Assembly: GCA_001029755.1 (NCBI GenBank) | Contig: CP011214.1 | Coordinates: 200,595 to 264,594, forward strand | Length of the DNA stretch: 64,000 nt | DNA from: Candidatus Woesebacteria bacterium GW2011_GWF1_31_35 | GTDB taxonomy: Bacteria > Patescibacteriota > Microgenomatia > UBA8517 | Reading direction: 5' to 3' | Part shown: positions 26,522-38,032 of the stretch, one piece after another | How the letters are laid out: every line of letters begins with the position of its first letter | How positions within the stretch are numbered: position 1 is the stretch's first letter | Program-made: the position numbers and the translations under genes | The notes under the pieces: generated by a model | What the model saw: the letters and a program-made list of their open reading frames with translations, nothing else | What the model was told of the DNA's origin: nothing | The model's database searches: none

Positions 26522-28020
26522 TTAAAAAAATGAGAAAGTACATTTTAAGACACGAAAAAGGAGTTTTAAGAGCTCTTGAGATTTTACCTGGTTTTTTTTC
26601 TTGGAATGTTATTTTATTTCCTTATTGGGGAATATTAGTAATTCCTAATGTTGTAGCCTATTTTATTCTCCTTTTTAATATTTATTGGTTTTATCAATCT
26701 TTTTTAATAGCAATTACATCAATTATTTCACATATCAGAATTCAGGCATCTATTGATTATGATTGGATGGAAGATTTAAAAAGTTTTCCTGACTGGAAAG
26801 AAGTTAATCATGTAATAATAATTCCAACTTATAAAGAACCTCTTCATATTTTAGAAAGAACAATCAATTCTTTAATTAATCAAACATTTCCCACAAAACA
26901 AATAAGTGTAATTTTGGCAATGGAAGAAAAAGAAGATATAAATGTTCGGAACTCTAAGTTCGAAACTTTAAATTCCAAATTTGGAGGAAATTTTAATCAT
27001 TTTTTGACAACAGTGCACAAATTGAAAAAGGGTGAAATATCTGGTAAGGCTTCAAATGAAAGATTTGCGGCAGTTTGGTTTAAAAAACGCTTCATTGATG
27101 AAGCTAAATTAAATATAGATTATTTTACAGTTACTAGTTGTGATGCAGATCATAAATATCACCCAAATCATTTTGCTTGTCTTACTTTTAAATTTTTAGA
27201 TAATCCCAAAAGGTTTCGTATGTTTTGGCAACCCGCAGTAATGTTTTACAACAACATTTGGGAACTACCAGCAATAACCAGAGTTCCTAATACGTTTGGA
27301 TCAATTTGGAATTTATCACAACTCCCCCGTAAGGACAGACTAATTAATGCACAAAATTATTCTCTTTCATACAAACTTTTAGACGAAGTTGATTATTGGG
27401 ATGCAGACAAAATTCCTGAGGATTGGGGTATATTTTTTAAAGCTTATTACAAAGTTAAAGGAGGCTTAGAAGTTGAACCTATTTATCTTCCACTTCATGC
27501 GGACGCTGCCCAATCTACATCTTTTTGGAAAACAATTAAGGTTCAATATGAACAATTTAAAAGATGGGCTTGGGGGGCATCTGATGATTCTTGGATTATT
27601 AAAAATTATTTAATAGATAGTGAGATTCCTTTTTGGGATAAAACAACAAGATTAATGCACGTTATCTCATCTCATTTTTTGTGGCCTGTTAATTGGTTTA
27701 TGATAACTATTGGTCTTACTATTCCGACACTTCTAAATCCAGCATTCGGTAGAACTACTTTGGGTTATATGGTTCCAAAATTATCATCCCTAATTCTAAC
27801 CATTGCTCTTTCATTTCTAATTGTTTTACTTTTTATAGATTATGTTTACAGACCAAAAAGAACACAAAAAGTTTCAATTTGGAGAATAATAATTTCTCCT
27901 TTTGAATTCGTCTTAATGCCTATTGCAGGATTTATCTTTACTGCTCTACCAGGAATTGATGCACATACAAGACTTATGCTTGGAAAATATATTGAATATA
28001 AAGTTACCGAAAAAGTATAG
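26518..28020 (+). CDS. Membrane-bound family-2 glycosyltransferase (processive synthase-like)
   Basis: N-terminal TMs, then IIIPTYKEPLHILERTINSLINQTFP and a DxD motif (TSCDADHKYHP), then a C-terminal TM bundle. Confidence 0.6.
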   Translation: MIKKMRKYILRHEKGVLRALEILPGFFSWNVILFPYWGILVIPNVVAYFILLFNIYWFYQSFLIAITSIISHIRIQASIDYDWMEDLKSFPDWKEVNHVIIIPTYKEPLHILERTINSLINQTFPTKQISVILAMEEKEDINVRNSKFETLNSKFGGNFNHFLTTVHKLKKGEISGKASNERFAAVWFKKRFIDEAKLNIDYFTVTSCDADHKYHPNHFACLTFKFLDNPKRFRMFWQPAVMFYNNIWELPAITRVPNTFGSIWNLSQLPRKDRLINAQNYSLSYKLLDEVDYWDADKIPEDWGIFFKAYYKVKGGLEVEPIYLPLHADAAQSTSFWKTIKVQYEQFKRWAWGASDDSWIIKNYLIDSEIPFWDKTTRLMHVISSHFLWPVNWFMITIGLTIPTLLNPAFGRTTLGYMVPKLSSLILTIALSFLIVLLFIDYVYRPKRTQKVSIWRIIISPFEFVLMPIAGFIFTALPGIDAHTRLMLGKYIEYKVTEKV

Positions 28021-28023
28021 TTT

Positions 28024-28968
28024 TTATTTCAAATCTTTATAATACTCAATAGTCTTTTGAAGCCCATCAATTAAATCAACTTTTGGTTCCCATTTTAAAA
28101 TACCTTTTGCTTTTGTAATATCAGGACATCTTTGCATTGGGTCATCGGGTCTAAATGAATTTGAGAAAATTACTTCAGATTTTGAATCAGTAAGTTCAAT
28201 AATTTTATTAGAAAGGTCACCAATCTTAAATTCATCTGGATTACCTAAATTAAATATTTCTCCCCTAGTTCCATCCGTAAACATCGCCTTCTTAATCCCG
28301 CTAACCAAATCCGTAATATAACAAAACGACCTTGTTTGGCTTCCGTCACCATCAATTTTTATTGGTAATCCATTAATTGCCCAGTTAATAAAATTGCTAA
28401 TTACTCTCCCATCATCTTTTCTCATATTTGGTCCATATGTATTAAAAATTCTAATTATTCTTGCATCAATTCCATATTTATTTAAAAATACATAAGTTGC
28501 AGCTTCTGCAAACCTTTTGCTCTCATCATAACAACTTCTTGGTCCAAATGAATTTGCATTTCCCCAATAGATTTCTTTTTGAGGATGTTCAAGTGGATCA
28601 CCATAGATTTCTGATGTTGAAGCAATTAATACTTTAGCTTTAATTTCTTTTGCTATATTTAATATATTTAAAGTCCCCAAAGAATTAGCTAAAAGTGTTT
28701 CTTCAGAATTGTTTTGATAATCAATAGGTGAAGCTGGAGAAGCTAAATGAAAAATATATTTTAAGTTTAAATAATCAAATGTTAAAGGTTTGATAACATC
28801 AGCCTCAATAAATTCAAAGTTTGGATTAGTTAATAGACTTTTAATGTTTCCCCTATTTCCAGTAATTAAGTTGTCAAGGCAAACTACTGCAAAACCATCA
28901 CTGAGTAAACTATTACAAAGATGGCTTCCAATAAACCCCACCCCACCTGTTACCAAGATTTTTTCCAT
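28024..28968 (-). CDS. UDP-glucuronate decarboxylase (UDP-xylose synthase), SDR family
   Basis: ILVTGGVGFIGSHL Rossmann motif; catalytic SCYDESKRFAEA (YxxxK); overall UXS-like. Confidence 0.75.
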   Translation of the reverse strand: MEKILVTGGVGFIGSHLCNSLLSDGFAVVCLDNLITGNRGNIKSLLTNPNFEFIEADVIKPLTFDYLNLKYIFHLASPASPIDYQNNSEETLLANSLGTLNILNIAKEIKAKVLIASTSEIYGDPLEHPQKEIYWGNANSFGPRSCYDESKRFAEAATYVFLNKYGIDARIIRIFNTYGPNMRKDDGRVISNFINWAINGLPIKIDGDGSQTRSFCYITDLVSGIKKAMFTDGTRGEIFNLGNPDEFKIGDLSNKIIELTDSKSEVIFSNSFRPDDPMQRCPDITKAKGILKWEPKVDLIDGLQKTIEYYKDLK

Positions 28969-30465
28969 ATGTTAGAATTATATAGCATGAACAGAATTAA
29001 AAAAATAATCGCTAAAATTGATACTCCACTTTGGCTTGAAATTCTTTTTGCAGTATTACTTATTCTTCGTATTCCATCATTTTTTGAACCCTATTATTAT
29101 GGCGATGAAATGATTTATTTGACACTAGGAGAAGGAGTAAGACAGGGTGTTCCACTTTATCTTGGTCTTCACGACAATAAGCCTCCCCTACTTTATTTAA
29201 CTGCAGCTGTAGCTGGAAACCTATTTTTCTTTAAAGTAATTTTAGCTTTCTGGTCTCTTATTACGGTTTACGGTTTTTGGAAATTAATAAGTTCAATTTT
29301 TCCCGAGAAAAAAACTCTACATAAAATTTCAACTATTATATTTGGGCTTCTTACTACTTTACCACTTTTAGAAGGAAATACAGTAAATGCGGAATTATTT
29401 ATGATAGGACCAATTATTTTTGCATTTTGGATACTTTTAACCAAAAAAAATAACTTTAAAAACGTATTTATTTCAGGAGGCTTAATTTCAATAGCAGCAC
29501 TTTTTAAAATTCCAGCTGCTTTTGATATTTTAGGAATAGTTGCCTTCTGGGCTATATTTGTTAAAAAAGATACTTTTTTTGAGTTTATTAAAAAATGTAT
29601 TTACTTAAGTTTAGGATTCATTGTTCCAATTGGCCTTACATTTATTTGGTATTATTTTGCTGGAGCATTGAAAGTATATTTAGTTGCGGCGTTCTTACAA
29701 AACTTTGGCTACGTTTCAAGTTGGAGACCGACAGATATCGCTAAACCATTTTTAGTTAAAAATGCCCCTCTTCTAATCCGGGCTGGAATTTTCGTTTTAG
29801 GTATTGGGGTATTATTTATTTCCAAGAAAAAATTTTCCAAAAACTTTATATTTGTTTCAGCTTGGCTTCTGGCTACTCTTTTCGCAGTCACCTTATCAGA
29901 GCGCCCTTACCCACATTATTTTGTACAATCAATTGCCCCTGTATCAATTTTATTGGGCATGTTGATAACCCTAAAAACAATTGAGCAAAGTTTGGTTGTA
30001 ATTCCATTAACTCTAGTTTTTTTCGTACCTTTTTATTACAAATTTTGGTATTACCCCACAAGTACTTATTATTTACGATTTATCGACTTTGTAAGTGGAA
30101 AAATTACAAAGGATGTATATTTTTCTAAGTTTTCTCCAAATGTAAATATGAATTATAAATTAGCTGATTTTTTAATTAAGTCATCAAATAAAGACGATAA
30201 AATATTTATTTGGAGTAACGATGCCCCTGCAATTTATTCTCTTTCTAGAAGGTTGCCTCCTACTAAATATGTTGCAGATTACCACTTTTTAGATTTTTCA
30301 AATAAAGAATATGTATTTGATGTTCTTTCAAAAAATAAACCTAAATTTATAATAATCACACCAAACTCTTTTAGATTTCCAGAACTTTCTGATTTTGTCC
30401 AAAAAAATTACTATTTAATTTCTGAGGTTGATTCCTCCCAAATATGGCTTTATATAAAAAAATAA
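28921..30465 (+). CDS. GT-C family glycosyltransferase (ArnT/PMT_2-like) with C-terminal soluble domain
   Basis: Polytopic N-terminal half containing the YYYGDEMIYLTLGEG loop (a DE motif typical of lipid-linked-donor GT-C enzymes), followed by a roughly 130-aa C-terminal domain. Confidence 0.5.
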   Translation: MASNKPHPTCYQDFFHMLELYSMNRIKKIIAKIDTPLWLEILFAVLLILRIPSFFEPYYYGDEMIYLTLGEGVRQGVPLYLGLHDNKPPLLYLTAAVAGNLFFFKVILAFWSLITVYGFWKLISSIFPEKKTLHKISTIIFGLLTTLPLLEGNTVNAELFMIGPIIFAFWILLTKKNNFKNVFISGGLISIAALFKIPAAFDILGIVAFWAIFVKKDTFFEFIKKCIYLSLGFIVPIGLTFIWYYFAGALKVYLVAAFLQNFGYVSSWRPTDIAKPFLVKNAPLLIRAGIFVLGIGVLFISKKKFSKNFIFVSAWLLATLFAVTLSERPYPHYFVQSIAPVSILLGMLITLKTIEQSLVVIPLTLVFFVPFYYKFWYYPTSTYYLRFIDFVSGKITKDVYFSKFSPNVNMNYKLADFLIKSSNKDDKIFIWSNDAPAIYSLSRRLPPTKYVADYHFLDFSNKEYVFDVLSKNKPKFIIITPNSFRFPELSDFVQKNYYLISEVDSSQIWLYIKK

Positions 30466-30809
30466 AATTTGGACCAGAATTTGAGAGGCTTCCTTTAAAA
30501 AAGCTTTTTGTTTATTCATTTGTTATTAACTTGATTACAATTCTGTTAGGATTATTGGCAAAGTTAATACTTCCTCCTGAAATTCCACTTTTTTATGGGC
30601 TACCTCAAACATCAGAACAATTAGCCAAATCAATTTTTATAATTCTTCCAGCAACAACCGCGCTTTTGTTAACCTTGGTTAATGCAATTTTATCAATTAA
30701 TATTGGGGGGGCATATTTGAAGAAAACTTTGGCGTTTACATCAATTGCAATAAGTTTACTTGCATTAATTGGAACATTTAAAATTATCTTTTTAGTAGGA
30801 TCAATTTAA
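30444..30809 (+). CDS. Small membrane protein
   Basis: 121 aa with three or four TM helices. Confidence 0.3.
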   Translation: MALYKKIKFGPEFERLPLKKLFVYSFVINLITILLGLLAKLILPPEIPLFYGLPQTSEQLAKSIFIILPATTALLLTLVNAILSINIGGAYLKKTLAFTSIAISLLALIGTFKIIFLVGSI

Positions 30810-30816
30810 TTTAATA

Positions 30817-31842
30817 ATGGCTAAACTAATTAGTCTTCTTTTTATACCACTTTTCTTTTCATTTTTGATTTCATATTTTATTACTCCAATAGTAATTAGG
30901 TTTGCAAAGAAACTTAAAATTATGGATGACCCAAGAGGAAAAACTCATCCTAAAATAATTCATGATAAACCCACTCCAAGAGGTGGTGGAATTCCTGTAT
31001 TTATCGCAATTTTAATTGCATCACTTGTTTTTATCCCAATAGATAAACATCTAATTGCAATTTTAATTGGAGCATTTGTCATCTTTGTAATGGGATTTTT
31101 AGATGATAGATATAACCTAAACCCATATTTAAGACTTGCAATTGGAATGGTTGCTGCTTTAATTCCAATATTATCAGGTATAGGAATATCATTTTTAACT
31201 AATCCTTTTGGAGGAATACTTGATCTATCAAATCCCCTTATTTCTGACCTTTTCGCTCTTATTTGGATAGTTTTTATGATGAACATGTTAAATATGGGGG
31301 CTAAAGGAATTGATGGGCAACTTTCAGGAGTTACAGTTATTTCGGCAATTACAATAGCAGCCCTTTCTTTTTATTATTCAGCAGACATTACCCAATGGCC
31401 AGTAATAATTTTAACAGCAGTAACTGCTGGGGCATTTTTAGGTTTTTTCCCTTGGCATAAATTCCCTCAAAAAATTATGCCAGGATATGGTGGCGCAACA
31501 CTTGCTGGATATATGCTAGCTATTGCATCAATTCTTTCTACAACTAAAGTGGGGACATTAATTGTAGTTTTAGGTATTCCACTAATTGACACGGGTTATT
31601 CAATTATTAGAAGAATTCTTTCAGGAAAATCTCCTGTTTGGGGAGATAGAGGCCATCTTCATCATAAACTTTTAGATTCTGGTCTTTCTAAAAAACAGGT
31701 TTCACAAGTCTATTGGTCACTAACAGCAATCCTTGGAATTTTAGCTTTAAATTTGAATGCTACTAATAAGTTATATACAATTGTGGGTGTTGTGTTTCTA
31801 ATAGGAGGAATTATTATATGGTTAACATATCGCTCCAAATAA
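30817..31842 (+). CDS. Polyprenyl-phosphate HexNAc-1-phosphate transferase (MraY/WecA family)
   Basis: FLDDRYNLNP (the DD motif) and NMLNMGAKGIDGQLSG (the N..N..DG.DGL motif) are hallmarks of the WecA/MraY superfamily. At 341 aa it is WecA-sized. Confidence 0.7.
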   Translation: MAKLISLLFIPLFFSFLISYFITPIVIRFAKKLKIMDDPRGKTHPKIIHDKPTPRGGGIPVFIAILIASLVFIPIDKHLIAILIGAFVIFVMGFLDDRYNLNPYLRLAIGMVAALIPILSGIGISFLTNPFGGILDLSNPLISDLFALIWIVFMMNMLNMGAKGIDGQLSGVTVISAITIAALSFYYSADITQWPVIILTAVTAGAFLGFFPWHKFPQKIMPGYGGATLAGYMLAIASILSTTKVGTLIVVLGIPLIDTGYSIIRRILSGKSPVWGDRGHLHHKLLDSGLSKKQVSQVYWSLTAILGILALNLNATNKLYTIVGVVFLIGGIIIWLTYRSK

Positions 31843-32756
31843 TCCGTATAGCAAGACCAGTCCATTGGATTAAAAATTTTGCCCTCTTTGCTGCTTTATT
31901 TTTAACTGGAACATTATTTGAAAAGGGATTATTTTTAAATGTTATTTATGCTTTTATTGCTTTTTCATTAGCAACCTCAGCAACTTATATCTTTAACGAT
32001 ATCATGGATGCTAAAAAGGACAAACTTCATCCAATAAAAAGATTAAGACCAATTGCCTCAGGTAAGCTTCCTATCCCTATTGCAATTTTGGAATTTATAT
32101 TTTTAGTTTTTTTATCTTTAACAATAGCTTCATCTTTAAATCATCTTTTGTTTGTATTAATAGTAAGTTATTTGATAATTCAAACTCTTTATAGTTTGGG
32201 TCTAAAAAATATTCACGTAATTGATATTTTAATAATTGCTACAGGTTTTATAATGCGCGTTTATGCAGGAGCATTTGTAATAAACGCCCACCTTTCAGTT
32301 TGGTTTCTGCTTTGTGTAGTTTCGGCTTCCCTATTTCTTGCAGCTGGAAAAAGAAGAGCAGAAATTAACCTTTTGGAAGCAGTTGATGGAGGAACAAGAA
32401 AAAGTCTTTCTAAATACTCTAAAGAACTTCTTAATTCCTATGTAACCATGTTTGGAAATGCTACTTGGATGAGTTGGAGTCTTTATACTTTTTTTGAGAG
32501 TCCAAAAGCTTCATTAAATTTTTGGCTGGTATTAGCAGAACTTTCAAGAGCAACAACTATCAGTAAACTTATGATGTTAACCATTCCCGTTGTAATTTTT
32601 GGAATTATGCGTTATGAAGCCTTAATCTTTGAAGGGAAATCAGAAGCACCCGAAAAACTTCTTTTAACTGATAAGGGACTCTTAATTGGAGTAACACTTT
32701 GGATAGTTTTAATTTACTGGATTATTTACTCAGGAGTGTCAGTTGCTGGAATCTAA
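31818..32756 (+). CDS. UbiA-family polyprenyl-phosphate phosphoribosyltransferase-like enzyme (DPPR-synthase-like)
   Basis: NDIMDAKKDKLHPIKRLRPIASG matches the NDxxDxxxD motif and the downstream HP.KR.RPIASG block of decaprenyl-phosphate 5-phosphoribosyltransferase-type UbiA enzymes. Second Asp-rich region AGKRRAEIN. Confidence 0.6.
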   Translation: MVNISLQIIRIARPVHWIKNFALFAALFLTGTLFEKGLFLNVIYAFIAFSLATSATYIFNDIMDAKKDKLHPIKRLRPIASGKLPIPIAILEFIFLVFLSLTIASSLNHLLFVLIVSYLIIQTLYSLGLKNIHVIDILIIATGFIMRVYAGAFVINAHLSVWFLLCVVSASLFLAAGKRRAEINLLEAVDGGTRKSLSKYSKELLNSYVTMFGNATWMSWSLYTFFESPKASLNFWLVLAELSRATTISKLMMLTIPVVIFGIMRYEALIFEGKSEAPEKLLLTDKGLLIGVTLWIVLIYWIIYSGVSVAGI

Positions 32757-33563
32757 AATTTTCTTTGTAAATTCTCCTAAAATCCAACCTCCAATATTGT
32801 TTATATTAATTTTATACCACTTTCCCGTTTCATCAGTTTCTAATATTTCATATATTTCACCCGTCTTAACTTGAGTGACTTCCGGAAAATTAAGTCCAGG
32901 CTTTTCTCTAACTCTCAAAAATCCAGTTCCTGTATCTAATATTTCAATTTTTTCTTTTGGGACAGGGATTTCTGTTGGTATAGGAACAATTGATTTGGCC
33001 AACTTTATCGAAGCAGTTAATTTATAACCCTTAACAACTCTAATTGGAAGTGATTTTTCAAGGTATTTTTCAGCCGAAATAACTAAATTATGATCCCCTG
33101 CTGGAATTTTAATTCTTAAAGGTGTGTAACCATACACTTTACCATCAATTATTACTTGAGCATTATCAGGAACTGAAACAACAGTGACAAGACCATCTTC
33201 TCCATTAATTTTTTCAAATGAAACAACCACCCCACTTGAATATTCTTCTGTTTCTTTAAAAGTTCTTTTTATTATTGTTTTAATTCCAGATTCTAAATTA
33301 ATTTTTGTTTCATAATCATCCAAAACCTGCCCTTCAATTTGAACAGGTTTAACTCTAATTGTTATTTCTCCAGGTTCTAGGTTTGCTTCATATGGGGTTT
33401 TTCCTACTTCTTTACCATCTATATAAACTATGGAGGTAGGTTCTGATTCAACTAAAATACCTGCTTCTTGAGGTTTAAAAGCTCCTAAAAAGAGAAGGAT
33501 AGAAGCTCCAATTATTGATAATCCAATCAAAGCTAAAAAGATTACAATTATTTTTCTCTTCAT
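32739..33563 (-). CDS. PEGA-domain secreted protein
   Basis: Signal/anchor, then repeated LEPGEITIRV and IPAGDHNLVISAEKY beta-sandwich PEGA-like motifs. Confidence 0.4.
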   Translation of the reverse strand: MKRKIIVIFLALIGLSIIGASILLFLGAFKPQEAGILVESEPTSIVYIDGKEVGKTPYEANLEPGEITIRVKPVQIEGQVLDDYETKINLESGIKTIIKRTFKETEEYSSGVVVSFEKINGEDGLVTVVSVPDNAQVIIDGKVYGYTPLRIKIPAGDHNLVISAEKYLEKSLPIRVVKGYKLTASIKLAKSIVPIPTEIPVPKEKIEILDTGTGFLRVREKPGLNFPEVTQVKTGEIYEILETDETGKWYKININNIGGWILGEFTKKILDSSN

Positions 33564-33639
33564 AATAATTTTTATAGTTTACCAGAAAAGACTTAGCTTG
33601 GTCATTTATAAACTAAATGGTAGAATAAAGCTACCTTTT

Positions 33640-33712
33640 GACCAGGTGGTGAAGTGGCTAACACGGCGGTCTGCAAAACCGCTACTCGTGGGTTCAAATC
33701 CCACCCTGGTCT
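33640..33712 (+). tRNA. tRNA-Cys (anticodon GCA)
   Basis: Cloverleaf: acceptor GACCAGG/CCTGGTC, anticodon stem GCGGT/ACCGC with loop CTGCAAA, T-arm GTGGG-TTCAAAT-CCCAC. CCA is not encoded. Confidence 0.8.
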
Positions 33713-33773
33713 CACTATCATAAAAATCTCCTAAAATTTGACTTTTGGGTACTTCATGGTATAGAATAGCCAC

Positions 33774-33803
33774 ATCTCGCAAGAAATTGCGGGATTTTTA
33801 TTT
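33774..33803 (+). terminator. Hairpin (ctcgcaa-gaaa-ttgcggg) plus T-run downstream of tRNA-Cys
   Basis: A 6-7 bp GC-containing stem followed by ATTTTTATTTG. Could terminate the tRNA transcript or act as a 5' attenuator for the M23 peptidase gene. Confidence 0.3.
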
Positions 33804-33826
33804 GCTTTAAGCTCCCTCTTAAATAT

Positions 33827-34510
33827 ATGCAAAAACTTATTATACATTTGCCTAAGTATCGCCTTACTGTTAACTACAAGTTATCAAAAAGGCGCAGATC
33901 TTCTTTGGATGAACCTATTATTCCTACTATCAAAACCCTGAACCTAAAATATCGTGTTGGAGGCTTGACTAGAAAATTTTTCAGACACATATTTGAACAT
34001 AGGAAAATTAAAACTATTTTAGGCTCAAACATAGCCTTAATGTTAATTGCCACTTCCTTTATTCCAAGTAATGCAATTGGAAGCATTAATCCTCCTACAA
34101 ACGAGGTTTTAATTGTAAACGAAGCTGAAGCACCTATTTCTACAAAAGTAGCTATTCAACTTCCTGTGGAAGTAAAAAGGGTTACTCAAGGATATGGCTT
34201 CTTCCATCCAGGCATAGATCTTGACGGAACAACCGGGGATCCAATTAAGCCTATGAAAAATGGAAAAGTTATTAAAATTGACCATTCAAAGTTTGCATAT
34301 GGAAATTCAATTATTGTCGACCATGGAAGCAATTTAACTTCTTTATATGCTCATTTATCAAAGATATATGTAAAAGAAGGTCAAGAGATCACAACTGATA
34401 CTATTTTGGGTGAAATGGGATCAACAGGAAGATCAACAGGAGATCATTTACATTTAGAAGTTAGAGATCATGGAATTCCAATAAATCCTCTATCTGTTTT
34501 GCCTAAATAA
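33827..34510 (+). CDS. M23/LytM family metallo-endopeptidase
   Basis: FHPGIDLDG (HxxxD) and GDHLHLEV (HxH) zinc ligand motifs with a signal/anchor N-terminus. Confidence 0.8.
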   Translation: MQKLIIHLPKYRLTVNYKLSKRRRSSLDEPIIPTIKTLNLKYRVGGLTRKFFRHIFEHRKIKTILGSNIALMLIATSFIPSNAIGSINPPTNEVLIVNEAEAPISTKVAIQLPVEVKRVTQGYGFFHPGIDLDGTTGDPIKPMKNGKVIKIDHSKFAYGNSIIVDHGSNLTSLYAHLSKIYVKEGQEITTDTILGEMGSTGRSTGDHLHLEVRDHGIPINPLSVLPK

Positions 34511-34936
34511 AATCTTCTTACATTTATAATTGTCGATTATTCGTTTTGAAGGTGGAAAAATGTTTTCTGGTAAATTTTCTATGTCGTACCATTTCCAATT
34601 GCCTATTCCTTCACCAACAATTTCTTTCGGTTCACTTTCTGTTCTTGCTAATATACCAACAGTAAGACCATCTAAACCAAATATGTTCTCATAAGCTACA
34701 GATATATATTTTCCGAATAAAATTACAGAACCACAAAGACCTGTTTCCTCAAATAATTCTCTCTCTGCAGATTTAACAAATATTTCATCTTTTTCTACCT
34801 TACCACCAGGTAATGCATTCATACCTTTACCAAAATCTGAAAATCTTTCACCGAGTAATATTTTATTATCTGAATTGAATATTAAAACACCTACAGCAAT
34901 TATTGGTCTGTTGCTTTCTCTAATTTCCTTTGACAT
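34490..34936 (-). CDS. NUDIX hydrolase
   Basis: Nudix box GGKVEKDEIFVKSAERELFEETGL. Confidence 0.75.
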   Translation of the reverse strand: MSKEIRESNRPIIAVGVLIFNSDNKILLGERFSDFGKGMNALPGGKVEKDEIFVKSAERELFEETGLCGSVILFGKYISVAYENIFGLDGLTVGILARTESEPKEIVGEGIGNWKWYDIENLPENIFPPSKRIIDNYKCKKILFRQNR

Positions 34937-34957
34937 GGGGAAATGATTGCATGAAAA

Positions 34958-35554
34958 TTATATTTTTTCAAGAGATCTCCAAAGATACCAAGAAGCAACT
35001 GTTCTATAAGGCTTCCACTGTTTCTCGGCAAACTTTACAGATTTTATCTTATCCCATTTTTTACCAGTTACCTTTTCAAATCCTTTTTTAATTCCTAAAT
35101 CATTTGTGGGAAAAATATCTGCTCTTCCTAAAGTAAACATTAAAAACATTTGCGCTGTCCAAGGTCCAATTCCTTTCACATTTGTTAATTCTTTTTCAAC
35201 TATTTCATCTGATAACTCATTTAGTTTTCTAATATGAAGTTTTTTTTCTTTAATTTTTAAAGTCAAATCTTTAATTGCCCTTACTTTTGACCAAGCCATA
35301 CCACAATTTCTTAATTCATCATCGGGTAAAAATAATATTTTATTAACAGTTAATATTCCCCTTATCTTTAATTTAAGTCTTTTATAAATTACGCCTGCCA
35401 CCTTACCTGAAAGCTGTTGACCAATAATTTCTCCTACTAGTCCTTGAAAATAGTCTGTATGGATTCTAGGTTTAATTGCACAATGTCCCCATTTATTAAC
35501 TAAAGGACCAACATATTTATCTTTTAAAAGTTTTTCTTCTGCTTTTTTCCACAT
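34958..35554 (-). CDS. HhH-GPD DNA glycosylase (AlkA-like 3-methyladenine glycosylase II)
   Basis: Helix-hairpin-helix plus Gly/Pro loop VKGIGPWTAQMF with the catalytic Asp in FPTNDLGI. Confidence 0.7.
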   Translation of the reverse strand: MWKKAEEKLLKDKYVGPLVNKWGHCAIKPRIHTDYFQGLVGEIIGQQLSGKVAGVIYKRLKLKIRGILTVNKILFLPDDELRNCGMAWSKVRAIKDLTLKIKEKKLHIRKLNELSDEIVEKELTNVKGIGPWTAQMFLMFTLGRADIFPTNDLGIKKGFEKVTGKKWDKIKSVKFAEKQWKPYRTVASWYLWRSLEKI

Positions 35555-35571
35555 TACAAAATTATAACTTA

Positions 35572-37662
<2,091 letters not shown>

Positions 37663-37664
37663 AA

Positions 37665-37973
37665 TTAAATTTGGACGGCCAGCACATCTTCAAACTTTAC
37701 AAATAAATATTCCTTGCCTTCAATTTTGACCTCATTTCCCCCCCATTTTTTATAAAGAACTATGTCCCCAACTTTACATGGAGAAGATTTTTTACAAGCC
37801 ATACAACCTTTACAATCAACACATTCATCATCTCCGGTAGCTAAAACTTTCCCTTTTAATGGCTTTTCTCCTGCATTATCAGGAAGATAAATACCCGACG
37901 CGGTCTTAACCTCTTTTTCCAGAGGCTCAATTAGAAGATATCCTGCAGTTGGTTTTAAATTTACTTTTGACAT
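37665..37973 (-). CDS. groS: Co-chaperonin GroES with Cys-rich insertion in the roof-hairpin region
   Basis: LKPTAGYLLIEPLEKEVKTASGIYLPDNAGEKPLKGKVLATGDD...GDIVLYKKWGGNEVKIEGKEYLFVKFEDVLA is GroES. The roof loop is replaced by ECVDCKGCMACKKSSPC. Confidence 0.85.
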   Translation of the reverse strand: MSKVNLKPTAGYLLIEPLEKEVKTASGIYLPDNAGEKPLKGKVLATGDDECVDCKGCMACKKSSPCKVGDIVLYKKWGGNEVKIEGKEYLFVKFEDVLAVQI

Positions 37974-37982
37974 TTTAATTAA

Positions 37983-38009
37983 TTAGCATTTAAAGGATAC
38001 GAGTGCTAT
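37983..38009. promoter_or_regulatory. CIRCE operator (TTAGCATTT-N9-GAGTGCTAT) upstream of groES
   Basis: On the minus strand it reads TAGCACTC-N9-AAATGCTAA, placed just downstream of a minus-strand TTGACA-N17-TAGAAT promoter (38008-38036). Confidence 0.7.
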
Positions 38010-38032
38010 TCTACGCACACCAGGTTCGTATG

